Positions 30,414 to 42,195 of a stretch of 64,000 bases of DNA are shown here, in pieces. The stretch comes from Candidatus Bathyarchaeota archaeon (GTDB taxonomy: Archaea; Thermoproteota; Bathyarchaeia; Bathyarchaeales; Bathycorpusculaceae). The notes beneath the pieces were generated by a model. The model worked only from the letters and a program-made list of their open reading frames with translations. It searched no databases and was not told where the DNA came from. Both the position numbers and the translations under genes were made by a program. The stretch's first letter is position 1, and each line of letters starts with the position of its first letter. The stretch covers positions 288,001 to 352,000 of the forward strand of contig CAVYES010000007.1 in the NCBI GenBank assembly GCA_963767735.1. Reading direction: 5' to 3'.

Positions 30414-32836
30414 TTATGGCTTTTTTCTAAGCAAGAGTAAGCCGACTATTGCGATTGCGATGATTATAACGATTATGACGGCAATCATTCCATAAGTTAC
30501 GTCTGATGCTGTTGCTAAGCCTGATACTGGAGTAGGTGTTGATGCGGCAGTTGCTGGGCTAGCACAGAAGTATGTTGTAGCCGAAGATCCATAGTATGCT
30601 CCTGAACCTGCGAAAGTTGCAGTAACTGTGAAGTTGCCAGATATGGTGGGAGTATATGTTAAGCCATAGGTGCCCATAGCATTACTTGTGGTAGTGCCTA
30701 TGTCGTATTGGTTGTGGTTTGAATCAGTGACGGTCAAAGTAACTGGAACTCCAGTTGCGTCTGTTGGCAGGGGCGCATTTTCAAACAAATACGCCATCCA
30801 CTCGCTCTGATCTTTGTCAGCTATAGCTGGTGTACCCTGTTCTGGAATGCCAAGGGTAGTTTGACCTGTAGATTGATCAGTAACAGTTCCCGTTATAGTC
30901 ATTGGTTGTCCTGCGATAACACCTGAACCTGGAGCCGAAATTGTTGTTGCGCTTGGGCCTTGGCCGAACGCATATAGACATCCGTCGTACATGTTTTGAT
31001 AGAAGAGTATGCCGTTGGAGATTCCATCACCGAATCCTACTGATGCAAAGGTGTATGTGGTAAAATTGGGCAGATTCCAAATCACTGCGCCTGTGGTAGC
31101 ATTAATGCAATAAAGTGAATATCCGTAGGGTATAGGGTTCGGGACTGTATGTTCTCCTGTAGCGAAGTAAAGCATGCCGTCAGCAATAACTATGTTTCCC
31201 CAACAAGGCCATGTGCCCCATTCAGTGTAATTGCTGCTTCCGCTGTAAAATGTCCAGAGTAACTTACCTGTAGAGTCGTTCCAAGCATATACATGTCCAT
31301 CGACAAAGCCAGCGTAGAATATTCCGTAAGCTGAAGATGCACTATAAGATTCGTCTTCTCCCCAAGGATAATTAATCGCTTGTGCACTACTTGTCCATAC
31401 TACCTGACCTGTGGTAAGTGACACCGCATACTCATTGAGGTCATTACAACTATAGTAGATATTTCCATCCGCGCAACAAGTATCCAAGCCTACCATGTAA
31501 TGGCCTAATGTGCCATTTGCTATCAGTGCCCCGTTTGTTTCATTATAAGTCGTCGTCACAATATACCCAGCAGCGCTATCGTCGAAACATACTACTAAGC
31601 CCGTGTTGTCGTCAGTAGGGTCATATAAGTAGTTCGGAGAAGCTGCGACCCCAAGAGGAGTACTCCATTCAACTTCGTGCGGGCGGCAGCCCCAACATGT
31701 TAAGTTGCCATTTAAACTAAAGTAGAAGAAGCCGCTGTCGTAAAGGGTGGGACTAAAGCTCGCATTGTAGTAGATAGTGTCTCCATCCGTCGGGTCAATT
31801 TCGCGGAGACCGTCGCCGCTTACCCATAGGCTGTATGCACCTGTAACTGCTGCCGTTGTAATTAATTTCGCCCCTTTTTCTTGTCCAGTTACTTCTAAGA
31901 TCAGTGTTGGTCTAGGGGGGTAGGGGGGGTAGCAAGGGGTGTTTGGAGCCCTGGAGGATTTATTGGATTGTCTAAGTCTTTCGAGTATAAAGTTTGCCCT
32001 GTGTTCAGATTTATGCAATGTAGATCGATGAGGGTCTCCGTGCCGTTATCAGCGATGTCATTGGTTGTATAGAATATGAGGCCGTTCCAAGAGACGTAAT
32101 TAGTGATGCCTGCGTCAGCTCTGTATGTTGGGGTAAAAGTTCCTTCAAGAGCATAATAACCTGCAACCCCTCCGATTAAGCCGCCGGGTACTACTACGTT
32201 TTTCCATAGTATGTGTGGGGTGGTAGGTCCTGCGCTGTCAGGGTTAAAGTTAGCACTTGTTCCGTCGAAGCGATTCTGAAGCCAACCTCCGTTAATTGCA
32301 AACCAGTTATAGTAGTCTGAGGATACTGGAGACGTCCAGTATCTTGACGGAAGAGGAGTATTTGGAGCGGTGGTATCGACTGGAGCTGCCTGTACTGTCC
32401 AAGTGTAAGGAGGACTAGTACAGCCCTCATGCCCAGTGGCACCTGCGCCCTTTACGCTGTCTCCTGCCCATGTCATCACCAATGTATAATTCCCGACTTC
32501 TGTATTTACGTAAGACAAGCTACCCGCTCCGCTTACATCACTCGTAGGCAATACTGTTGTAACAACGGTTCCTTTAGGGGTGGTAATTATCATTGTTTCG
32601 TTATAGTAATATTGGCCTGCTACGAGGGGAGCGGGCGTAACCCAGCAAAGTAAATACTCAGTCTGGCCCACTCCATTAATTTTAGGAAAGGCATAAGTCT
32701 GGCCAGTAGTTGGAATCAAGTTTCCAATTCCAGTTTGTGCTTTAGCATTTGGTATTACTGATGTCGCGGCTGCCATTGAAAGTATAAAGAATATCGAAAT
32801 CGTAATAGCCATAGTTTTATTTTTTAAATTTTGCAT
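30414..32836 (-). pseudogene. secreted PQQ-propeller surface/binding protein, frameshift in C-run at 31915-31920
   Basis: homologous along its length to 35830-38703; C6 to C7 restores frame (TPPTPPRPTL). Confidence 0.85.
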
Positions 32837-33019
32837 TTTTCTTTTCCTTCTATTTTCTGTGAGAGTAATTATCGTGTTAAGTTGTTAAGACCACGTGTAT
32901 GTAAGTAACACCAAATCCCACTAAAAAACGGAAAAGTTTAAATGCCCATAGACCGCAGACAGAACTAAATGCAATAGTCACTCTGTAGCTGGGGTGCGCG
33001 ATAAGAAGGGGCAGGGTAA

Positions 33020-33835
33020 TTGAGGCAAGAGCAGGGTATTGACAAACTAAACCGTGCAGGATTGACTCTTTTACAAGCAAAAATTTATCTTGCTCTCTTC
33101 CAAAATGGAAAACAAACAGTCAAAACACTGTCAGAGATAGCTAGTATTGACCGAGCCAATGCTTATAGAGAAATTTTGAAACTCCAGAAAATTGGATTAA
33201 TCATAAGAATAATAGGTATCCCAAATCTATACGAGGCTCTTCCAATTGACCGCGCAATCCCGCTTTTGTTAAGCTACAAAAAAGAAGAATATGAGGAAAC
33301 AAAAAAAGAAGCAGAGGACTTACTGCGAAAATACAAGTACCCCTTAATGGCTTCCTTTGAAAAGTTGGACGCGCGCTTTATCATGATTCCCAAGAAAAAT
33401 GCTTTTTTGGAGTCGGCTAAAAGAAATATTGAATCGGCTCAAATAACCAACGATACGATCTCCAATTTAAAAAGATTTTCGCAAGCATTGGGAGACACGT
33501 TGGACTTGCATAAAAGCGCGCTTAAACGTGGGGTTAGGACACGTGTGATAGTGGAAAAGCCTCGAGACGAAAAAAGCATCGGCAGAGCCCTTTGTGATTT
33601 AATGGAATATCCTGATTTCGAAATGAGGTGTACGCCAAATCTTCCCCAGGTTCTTGGCGCCTGCTTTGATGGCAAGATAGTCGCTATTCTGATTGACCCC
33701 TTGGCTAGCGTGCAGGAATCGCCATGTTTGACTACTGATCATTCAAGTTTTGTAAAGCTGTTTCAAAATTACTTTAACGACCTTTGGGATTCAGGTAAGC
33801 CCATCCCCAAATTCGCTCTAGTTAAACGCCGTTAG
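33020..33835 (+). CDS. TrmB-family transcriptional regulator
   Basis: GLTLLQAKIYLAL..RANAYREILKL..GLI wHTH plus PLD-like effector domain (KRGVRTRVI). Confidence 0.88.
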   Translation: MRQEQGIDKLNRAGLTLLQAKIYLALFQNGKQTVKTLSEIASIDRANAYREILKLQKIGLIIRIIGIPNLYEALPIDRAIPLLLSYKKEEYEETKKEAEDLLRKYKYPLMASFEKLDARFIMIPKKNAFLESAKRNIESAQITNDTISNLKRFSQALGDTLDLHKSALKRGVRTRVIVEKPRDEKSIGRALCDLMEYPDFEMRCTPNLPQVLGACFDGKIVAILIDPLASVQESPCLTTDHSSFVKLFQNYFNDLWDSGKPIPKFALVKRR

Positions 33836-34006
33836 CAAACAGGAATGCCATCTTGTTACTGACGACTGCTAAGAGGAACGGTTAACTGCCTGATTTTTTT
33901 CAGGGGTTTTGCTAACTTCCGTTTTTCGGATTTACAGATTCAATAAACACTGTACACTGTCCTTTTTTTGAGCAAAATATAAAAACAAAACTACAAATTT
34001 TGACTC

Positions 34007-35176
34007 ATGCAAGCTGGGTTTGGGACTCAGGCATCTGGTTATCGTTGGATAGTTCTGGCAGTCTTATTGCTTAGTTGCGGCATATATTATTTCTCGCTTG
34101 AGTCAATTCCGCCTTTATTGATCAAGATTGAATCTGTTTTCAATATTGGCGCTGGAACAGCCGGGCTTCTAACTTCATTTATAGTTATTCCTGGCCTTTT
34201 CATGGCAATTCCAGCCGGATTCTTGATAAACAAACAAGGTTTTCGAACAATAGGCTTCTTGTCTCTGATATGCATTTCTTTAGGGAACTTAGTTATCGCA
34301 TTGTCAACAAGCTTTTTCCTTTTACTCTGTGGTGGATTTATGATGGGTTTTGGAAGTTGTTTCTTAACCATTGGAACGGCAGCGATGATTGCGAACTGGT
34401 TTAAGAGCAAAGAATTAGGGCTCGCAATGGGAATATTCTCGATTGGGTACCCTTTAGCTACCATAATCGCCTTTCTGACCGTTCCTCTCATGCAACTATC
34501 TTTGGGTTGGCATTCGTCGTTCTACTTGAATGCGATTATAGCAATCCTCTGTAGTTTATTCTTCCTTGTAACAGTCAAAGACACAGGCTTAGTTGTTGAA
34601 TCACGCATGAAGAGTAATTCAACTGTTGAAATGTTTACTGAATATAGGTTAGTTTGGAAAATAGGCTTAATCTGGTTGCTCTACAGTATGGCGTCCGCAG
34701 CTTTTGTGACGTGGGCACCCAGCATACTTTCTATCTATAAGAACTTAAGTATATTGAGTGCAAGTTTATTTTCAAGTTTGTTTTTGGTTTCAGAATTGCT
34801 TTTCATTCCTTTTTACGGATGGGCATCCGATAGATACGGAAATAGAAGGTCACTCATGATTTCAGGTCTGATCGGCATGGCTTGTGGCGTTGTCGCTCTA
34901 ATCTACTTAAATGGATTGATGTTAATACCTGTTATAATAATGATTGGTGCTTTTGGTTCGGCAGTACCGGCTCTAGCACTAGCTTGGATGGGTGAAATCA
35001 TGCCGCTGAAAAAAAGCGGAGTCGGCTTTGGAATGATGTCTTTTTGGAACCGCGCCGCGACGGTGATCATTGTACCATCAGTCGGATTCTTGTTGGACGC
35101 TACGCGTTCAATTACATATAGTTTTGCGTTTATTTCCGTATTTGCAGTACTTAGCGCAATACTTACTTTGACTTAG
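34007..35176 (+). CDS. MFS transporter
   Basis: ~12 TM segments, GWASDRYGNRR. Confidence 0.9.
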   Translation: MQAGFGTQASGYRWIVLAVLLLSCGIYYFSLESIPPLLIKIESVFNIGAGTAGLLTSFIVIPGLFMAIPAGFLINKQGFRTIGFLSLICISLGNLVIALSTSFFLLLCGGFMMGFGSCFLTIGTAAMIANWFKSKELGLAMGIFSIGYPLATIIAFLTVPLMQLSLGWHSSFYLNAIIAILCSLFFLVTVKDTGLVVESRMKSNSTVEMFTEYRLVWKIGLIWLLYSMASAAFVTWAPSILSIYKNLSILSASLFSSLFLVSELLFIPFYGWASDRYGNRRSLMISGLIGMACGVVALIYLNGLMLIPVIIMIGAFGSAVPALALAWMGEIMPLKKSGVGFGMMSFWNRAATVIIVPSVGFLLDATRSITYSFAFISVFAVLSAILTLT

Positions 35177-35479
35177 CCAAAGACACTATTAGATTAGATA
35201 CGCTCACTCGCTGCATTATTAGTAAGCAACAATCTATTTTTAGTTGCGGCGGCTGTTTTTAGCTTTGTCGTTAGTGGTTGAGCTATTCAGAAGTTCAAGG
35301 AATTTGGCATTTTCTTCTTTTCTCCTGAAAGAAAATTTTCTGGAAACCAAAGAGAAAAGAAAATGGAATGCTTTGACTGCAGCTACTTCTGATTTTGACC
35401 AGAGCCTTCTTAGCACAAGTCTTTTCTTCAACGCAGTTCTAATATGAATAAAATGGTTCAGGTAGCTGGACATCTGCAG

Positions 35480-35734
35480 CTATTCAATAGTGTAAAGTGA
35501 TTGCTCAGGAGAGTTCTGCATTTCAAAGGGCAATGATTTGGTAACGCGTAGGATGCTTGCAACAGGACCAGTCGTGATGTAAAGGATTTCAACTTCTGGA
35601 AACTTCGATTTAATTAATTCTGTAATTTTGTCAAAATCCTTATTGGTTGCTTTGAATATGAGCGCTCTTGGTTTGATTGTTTTCGCGAAAGCAGCTACTT
35701 TATCCGAACACGCTTCTCGCGTCACAGCCTCCAC
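35480..35734 (-). CDS. hypothetical protein
   Basis: 84 aa ORF with GGAG RBS-like motif upstream. Confidence 0.55.
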   Translation of the reverse strand: MEAVTREACSDKVAAFAKTIKPRALIFKATNKDFDKITELIKSKFPEVEILYITTGPVASILRVTKSLPFEMQNSPEQSLYTIE

Positions 35735-35829
35735 AGGATCATCTCCTTCAATAAATAATCCATATTCTTTTCTCCAATGCTTTCTAAAACTAAAAAAGGG
35801 GAAAGAGGGATTGTGGTTGTTAATCCTTT

Positions 35830-38703
35830 TTATGGTCGTTTCCGGAGCATCAATAGTACAACTAAGGCGAGGACTACGAGGATTAAAACGAATAAGCCCG
35901 CGATTGCAGGAACAAAGTACGTATTAGCGACAGATACCGGAGTAGCTGCAGGTGCGGCAGTAGTACTAGATTCGCTTTGAACAACCATGTCGGTTTGTGC
36001 GCTTGATCCCCAGTAGCCATTGGTACCAGCGAATGTTGCAGTGACGAGGTAGTTGCCTGGAATATTTGGCGGAGTCCAAATGTAATGGTATAAGCCGTTT
36101 GAATCGGTTGTTGCTGTGCCAAGGGTGATGAAGTTGCCGTTGGGATCAAAAGCGGTTAAGGTTACTGTTACGCCTGTGAAGTTGGTTGGTTCTGCCTGCT
36201 GCTGGTAAACGTATTCCATCCAACTTGTCATGCTTGCGTCAGATGCACATGGAACGCCGCTTGGGAAGTCAGCTTTCACCGTTGATTGTTGTGTCCCAGC
36301 TGAAGTATCCATTACTGTACCCTGTATGAGTCCGCTGTTACCTGCTGTTACTATCGGCTGTGGTACCTGTACTGTAGTAGCGCTGGGTCCTCTGCCGACA
36401 CTGTAAATTGAGTCGTCATATCCATTCCAGAATGCAACATATCCATTTGCAATAACAGCTGCGCCGGCACTTGCACTAGCGTAATCCGAAAGGGTCCAGA
36501 TTTGTTGGCCTGTGGTTGCGTTAATAGCACGTATAAGTGCGCCTTTGTAAACTGGGTCGGTGCTAGTGTGTTCTTCGCTAACTATGTATACCACTCCGTT
36601 ACCTATACATGAAACGGCGCTTGGATAATCGCCATAAGAAGTTTCAAAACCAGAGTTAGTGCTATTATCAGAGCCCATTGGGCCGTTGCCGTAGGTCCAT
36701 AATAGTTTTCCAGTTAAATCGTTATAGCAGTAGCATATTCCTGCGTATCCCATGCTGTAAAGGTTGCCGTAAGCCATAGTGCTGCCGTAACTGGTAGTGT
36801 AGTAGTCGAAGGATGCTTGAGATGCAGTTGGACCCCATAGCTGGGCGCCATTTGTTAAGCTGTATCCTACCCATTGCATAGTTTCACCGTAATTTATAAC
36901 GAAGACACGAGTCTGCCAGTCGACTGATGAAATAGTGAGAGTAAGGTTGCCTGCTGGCGGGTTATAGTTCTGCATCCAAAGTATCTCACCGATTGGACCA
37001 ACAGTTGCGTTTAGGTTAACTGTGAACAGTGTATATGGAAGTTGTGGAAAGCCGCTATAGACTCTCATGAAACCACCAGGTAAGGTCGCGTTTCTGCAAA
37101 GCATTACATCGCCAGGGTTAGCTGCGACTATCGTTACGGGGTTTGATCCAGGAGTGGGCTGCGTTATTGCTTCTCCGGCGGCGCTCAAGGTTGCTTGCGT
37201 AACCAAAGGCATGGTGTTTAGCCAGGGTACTGAAACGTTCCAGTCATAAGTGGTTTGTGCACCAATGTTGAGTGGGTATACAGTAGTTGGGGTTATGGGG
37301 ATGTTTGCATTGACTGTTAGCGTGGAACCATAGGGGACTGCGATGCTCGCGCCACTCGGCAGGGTTCCAGTTTCGCCTGAGATTGGAATAGGAATAGTTG
37401 AAATGAGAGCTCCGTTGCTTGCGTTCACTATTGATGGTGACAAGCTTCCAGTAAAGGTGTATGGATTTACATCGTATTGCCACATTTTGGATGAGTTCCA
37501 CTGGGCTAAATACCAGTTCGTTTTAGCGGCTGTGCCTGCATTAACAAAGACATATCGCAGTAGTTCACCGCTTGGACCCATTACTGACGTGCCTGCGGGA
37601 ACGCCAGTTACGTTAAACAGTGCCTCTCCTGTGTATGCGTCAAAAGCTTGGGCAAAGTTAGCTGTGAATAGTATAGGTGGAAAAACTCCGTGCTGTTCGC
37701 CGTTCCAAACGTCATATACGTAACCGAATGACAGCGGCGGTACAGTAGTGCTGCTCCAAAGCTGTTGTCCTGTTTGCAGGTTAACGCACACTGTTGGTCC
37801 ACTACTGGGTCCCGTGAATGATACAGTTTCCGTGTAGATTAGGTAACCGTCTATTACTATCGGATTGACGAATCTTTGCTGGTAGGCAGAGCCCTCGAAG
37901 TAGCCGACTCCCACATCATTGGGAAACGGGGCTCCCCCGACAATTCCGCCCATTTCAACCGGTTGTGTCCACATGATGTGAGAAGTCATAGGTCCTATAG
38001 CATCGCCAGGGTAATTTGCGGAGGTAGTAAAGCCTGCTAGAGATGGTGACCCTGTACCTAGCCAGTTTGACGAAATCGCGTACCAGTTACTGTTCTCGCC
38101 GTATATTGGGGTGTTCCAGTAATTTGTCGGTAACGGTTCGCTAGTTGTAGCAGCGGGTATTTGCGTTTGCTGCACAACAAGTGTTGTTGATGCACTGCTC
38201 GGCAGATAAGTATCGTTAATCAAATTTGAACCGGAATACCCGTCGCCATTCGCTCCGTACACCTGTCCTGGGAAAGCAAAGGTAAGGTTGTATGTGCCAA
38301 CAGCTGTAGGGGTGAAGTATGTGTACACATTTGATGTCGGATCTGAGATGACTGCAAAAGTCTGTGTTGTGACCGCACCGTTTGGCGCAGTGATGGTAAG
38401 CTTATAGTTTTCAAATCTATAGTCATTTGACGTTAATGCTGCACTGCATGTGTAACCATTCGTTCCAACAATGGCAGTGTTTCCACCAGCCGCTCCGTAA
38501 ACGGGATCCAGCCACATATAAACGACCAGTGTCTGACCGATACCAATCGGGTTAGGTGACGCCATAATGTAAGCGTACGTCGGAATTTGCCAAGGAGGTG
38601 TATGTGCACTAGCGCTTGGCATTAATGCTGTTGAAGCTCCTATTGAAATTGTTAAGATTGCTGCGATCAAAATAGCCAAAGTTTTACCTTTTAGATTTTG
38701 CAT
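35830..38703 (-). CDS. secreted PQQ-propeller surface/binding protein
   Basis: signal peptide, PNPIGIGQ, PLPTNYW, TG..LW repeats, YLVTATFAGT..YWGS, C-terminal TM + RKRP. Confidence 0.9.
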   Translation of the reverse strand: MQNLKGKTLAILIAAILTISIGASTALMPSASAHTPPWQIPTYAYIMASPNPIGIGQTLVVYMWLDPVYGAAGGNTAIVGTNGYTCSAALTSNDYRFENYKLTITAPNGAVTTQTFAVISDPTSNVYTYFTPTAVGTYNLTFAFPGQVYGANGDGYSGSNLINDTYLPSSASTTLVVQQTQIPAATTSEPLPTNYWNTPIYGENSNWYAISSNWLGTGSPSLAGFTTSANYPGDAIGPMTSHIMWTQPVEMGGIVGGAPFPNDVGVGYFEGSAYQQRFVNPIVIDGYLIYTETVSFTGPSSGPTVCVNLQTGQQLWSSTTVPPLSFGYVYDVWNGEQHGVFPPILFTANFAQAFDAYTGEALFNVTGVPAGTSVMGPSGELLRYVFVNAGTAAKTNWYLAQWNSSKMWQYDVNPYTFTGSLSPSIVNASNGALISTIPIPISGETGTLPSGASIAVPYGSTLTVNANIPITPTTVYPLNIGAQTTYDWNVSVPWLNTMPLVTQATLSAAGEAITQPTPGSNPVTIVAANPGDVMLCRNATLPGGFMRVYSGFPQLPYTLFTVNLNATVGPIGEILWMQNYNPPAGNLTLTISSVDWQTRVFVINYGETMQWVGYSLTNGAQLWGPTASQASFDYYTTSYGSTMAYGNLYSMGYAGICYCYNDLTGKLLWTYGNGPMGSDNSTNSGFETSYGDYPSAVSCIGNGVVYIVSEEHTSTDPVYKGALIRAINATTGQQIWTLSDYASASAGAAVIANGYVAFWNGYDDSIYSVGRGPSATTVQVPQPIVTAGNSGLIQGTVMDTSAGTQQSTVKADFPSGVPCASDASMTSWMEYVYQQQAEPTNFTGVTVTLTAFDPNGNFITLGTATTDSNGLYHYIWTPPNIPGNYLVTATFAGTNGYWGSSAQTDMVVQSESSTTAAPAATPVSVANTYFVPAIAGLFVLILVVLALVVLLMLRKRP

Positions 38704-39026
38704 TTTTCTTTCCTTCAATTTAATTTTGTTTTTGTTGAGCAAGAAGACTTAATGCTCTGCCCAACGAAGCCCCTTTATGTTACTAACTTGCTTAAGAAAC
38801 TTTGTAGAATAGTGACATTTACCTCTATTTTTTTACAAAAATTAGTCGATTTTTTGAAAAGTAACTAATTTATGTAAATTACTCCAAAAGGAGACAAAAC
38901 TTCAGAGAAAATTACGATTATAAAAGAAAAAGAGCGGATCGCGGGAGACATCGCCACAGAGTATGTTTCTCCAAACAGTACTTAGCAAATAAAAACTACT
39001 ATTATTTGTCAAAGCAAAAAAAGCGT

Positions 39027-39550
39027 TTATTTCTTGTCTTTTGACAGTTTACTCTCAAGCTCCAATACTCGTTTAAGCAATGCTTCAAGCGCGGGTTTGC
39101 TGCTTTCGATCTGTGCGACCTTAGCTTTTAACTTAGCTATTTCAGCTGCTTTCTTTATGCCTTTTTTGCAAGCATTGAAACGGCCTATCAGCGCCGGGAG
39201 AGCACACGAAAAGAAAAAGAACGTTTATATGTAAATTCTTGATTTGGCACGGGTTCAAAATCCTAAGCCCGCGAAAACCTGTAGCCGCACTCACGGCAAA
39301 GGTAAAGCTGAATCCTTCCTGTACGTGTTTGCCTCATTCCGTCCTTGAAGTTCCTCTGGCTGCCGCACTCTGGGCAAGTGACCTTCTGTTTTTCCAAACT
39401 TCTGCCTTTCCAAACTTCCTCTGACAATATCTTGCCGCAATATGGGCAATTTACGATTTTTTGCTCCAATGTTTCTGCCTCCTTATTTTTTTTAGACCAA
39501 GTTTGCCTCTCAAAGAAAAAAAGAGGGATTTTTGCGGGAGATTTCTCCAC
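39027..39550 (-). pseudogene. integrase-like remnant (zinc-ribbon N-terminus plus coiled-coil tail fragment)
   Basis: CPECGS..KDG.R..IQLYLCRECGYRFS matches N-terminus of the 18054-19256 integrase; no catalytic core. Confidence 0.55.
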
Positions 39551-39612
39551 CCCGAGAAGATATAATTTTACCTATCGCTTCAACTTAAAAAAATAGAAAA
39601 TCAAGATTTCGG

Positions 39613-40431
39613 CTAGATTTTTTGTCCGCAATGAGTACAGTAGCTTGCGTCTGTTTGGTTCGGTGCTCCACAATAACGGCAATATTTTATTTGTCCAGAA
39701 ACAGGCGAAGCATTGATTGGCGAGGCGGCTTGCATTGGAACGGCTGTCGTTTGTACCCTGAAATAGGCTTTTGCCAAAAGTACCCAAGCAACATTCTGTA
39801 TTAAATTGCCAACAGTTAGTAGGGCAAGCAGAGTGTTAAGTGATAAAGCAACATAAAAGCCAACTACCCCAAATGTTACTGCAATGACAATATTTACTAA
39901 TGCGCCAGCTAACACCAATTTAGCGCCAGTTCTAAACAGGGGCACCTTGGATTTGTCAGATAGCAAATTAAATGCCCGCACAACAAACACTATCCAAACT
40001 ACGGCGGCAAGGCTGAAAATAGGCGAAATAAAACCAAACGTCTTCGAGGATGAGAACGAAGTTGAGGAGCTTAAGTTTGGGAAAAAGGTTGCAAAATTAA
40101 ATAAGATAATTATCACCGCAATTACGATTGCTACTACAACCGCAATAATTGTGATTACAATTCCGTAGACGAGGTTACTGAATATTCTGGGTTCATTATA
40201 GTCTTTAGAGAAACCATACATTGCTATGAGGAACAGCAGAAAACCAATAACAGTTGAAACAGCAAATACGTCGCCTATAAAGTTTGATGTCGCGGAAATT
40301 CCTGTTGAATTAGGAAATACGTCGTGGAAAAGGGAAGCGATCACGCTGAAAACGCCGAGCAGAGTAAATACAGCTCCGATTCCGCCCAATGTTCGGTCAG
40401 ATTCAATAGTCAACTTCTCAGCTCTTGTCAA
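39613..40431 (-). CDS. DUF996-like membrane protein with C-terminal zinc ribbon
   Basis: LGGIGA, multiple TM segments, CRYCGAPN..CTHCG. Confidence 0.8.
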   Translation of the reverse strand: MTRAEKLTIESDRTLGGIGAVFTLLGVFSVIASLFHDVFPNSTGISATSNFIGDVFAVSTVIGFLLFLIAMYGFSKDYNEPRIFSNLVYGIVITIIAVVVAIVIAVIIILFNFATFFPNLSSSTSFSSSKTFGFISPIFSLAAVVWIVFVVRAFNLLSDKSKVPLFRTGAKLVLAGALVNIVIAVTFGVVGFYVALSLNTLLALLTVGNLIQNVAWVLLAKAYFRVQTTAVPMQAASPINASPVSGQIKYCRYCGAPNQTDASYCTHCGQKI

Positions 40432-40677
40432 CCGCCATTATGCAGCGGTTAAGGGATAAGTTTTTTGATAGCTACAAGCGCTTTTATTTGCACTTTTGTA
40501 TATTGAAAAGCACCATTTCATGTTGAAAGTGCTGGGCCTTCCTTCTATGTTGGAAGTATGTTGAATCATGTTTGACGTCTAATAAGAGCGTCTAGCAGAC
40601 CAGGGGGTAGGCTTGTGCACACACAAATACCTAGTCCTCAGAGTGAAGAAGCCTAAGAAATCATTTTCCCCGAAAGC

Positions 40678-41679
40678 CTAATCCTTTATGTTACCTACTC
40701 TTAGTTTATCCACGTCGGCGTCGCTTGGAACTGATACGGTTATGGATTTGTTGAGGGTTTCTCTGCCAAAATTCACTTTAACTCCGGCTGTTTTAGCGTC
40801 GGAGTAGTGTGCGGTTAATTTGGCGGCGGTTTCAATGGCTTTTTTGGTTTTAGGCCCTTGCAAAATTGTTATTGGACCAACAATTTCTGGCAGCTCAAAA
40901 TAGTATTCGTCCACTTTTTTTCTAACGGTTAAAAACTTGTTTTCCGCCTCGTTTCTTCCTACAACTATTTTGTTTTTGCCTGCTCTAAAATGCCTGCCAA
41001 CTCGCAGCAAAGCGATATCTGCCATGGAAACGCGTTTTTTATGGGCGAAGAGGTCTCGGATTTTCTTTGCGTATTCTTCGCAGGTTAATAGGCATCCGCC
41101 CGCGGGACAAGGATAATCCTTAATGCTGAATTTCTCTGCAAGCTTGAACTGGGGCTTTCGGGACCTTCCCTGAATATCCAGCAGCTTAGAGCGGTCAACC
41201 AGACCCTTCTTTTCAGCTTCCGTTTCCGGCAATAACCTGGCGGACAGAGGTCTTAGAACCTTGCCCTCCAAACCGCCTTCCTTTTCAATAAGCATCATTG
41301 CAGGGTAATGCTGAGACATGGGACGTTCATCCAAAACTTCGCCTGTAAAAATGAAGGCTGCACCCATCTCTTTTGCGTACTTCTTGGCTTTTTTCATGAG
41401 GAAAATTCTGCAGTCAACGCAGGGATTCATATTCCTGCCATAACCATGCTTGGGATTGCGAAGCATCCGCAAATAATCGTTCCCAGCAGCAACCACTTTC
41501 AACGGCACATTCAACTGTTTAGCGGCATCTACTGCTGCGCAACCGTCTTTTTTGCAGAGACAAAACGGGCTTCTAACGTTAAAGGCAGTTACTTCGATGC
41601 CTTGCTTTAGAATCATCTCTGTAGCAAGAATGCTGTCTAATCCACCTGAAAGTAAACCTAAAGCCTTAACGCGACTCAT
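40678..41679 (-). CDS. PP-loop tRNA sulfurtransferase-like protein (ThiI/MnmA-related)
   Basis: SGGLDS, NPCVDC, GEVL..RPMSQ, PAGGCLLT, GRHFR, VGRNE.EN. Confidence 0.85.
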   Translation of the reverse strand: MSRVKALGLLSGGLDSILATEMILKQGIEVTAFNVRSPFCLCKKDGCAAVDAAKQLNVPLKVVAAGNDYLRMLRNPKHGYGRNMNPCVDCRIFLMKKAKKYAKEMGAAFIFTGEVLDERPMSQHYPAMMLIEKEGGLEGKVLRPLSARLLPETEAEKKGLVDRSKLLDIQGRSRKPQFKLAEKFSIKDYPCPAGGCLLTCEEYAKKIRDLFAHKKRVSMADIALLRVGRHFRAGKNKIVVGRNEAENKFLTVRKKVDEYYFELPEIVGPITILQGPKTKKAIETAAKLTAHYSDAKTAGVKVNFGRETLNKSITVSVPSDADVDKLRVGNIKD

Positions 41680-41798
41680 ACCGCCAATAGCATCCTTACC
41701 CTAAATAATAATCTAACGATAAATATTCAAAGAAAAAACCTGAAAAAACATTCTGGAAGTTTCCGCTGAGCATAACACATTATTATGCTTCACTGACA

Positions 41799-42195
41799 AA
41801 ACAGCAAAATAACCGCGTTTTCCTCAGGATACATTCCGCAAGATAAACCAGAAACTTTCTTCAACTGGGAAATCGTCGTTGACAAAGATTACGGAGGATA
41901 CGGCTTACAAAAGCAGATGCTTATTCATCAAATCCGAAAAACGGAAGCAAAATGTTTTGAGGGCACAGTAAACCCGTCAAATGAAGCGTTAAGAAGAAAC
42001 TACTGCGAATTAGCTCAACTACTAAATACCAAATGCGAAGAATACGTGTTATTTAGCGAAGGCGACTTCGAAAACGACAGCCACGAACCAGAAATCCTCT
42101 ACCGAATCGGACTAATTTCCAAAAACGAGATAAAACTAGTCAGCATGCAGTTGATAGCAACTTTAAGCAGCTCCCATCATTTTCACAAAATTTGA
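41799..42195 (+). pseudogene. 5'-truncated paralog of the EctA-like acetyltransferase
   Basis: [49 protein letters not shown], colinear with 2087-2632. Confidence 0.8.

Noticed and set aside
31915-31929. Phase variation at the C7/C6 tracts of the PQQ gene
   Set aside because: Tracts are short and similar indels occur throughout the window; cannot be separated from sequencing error
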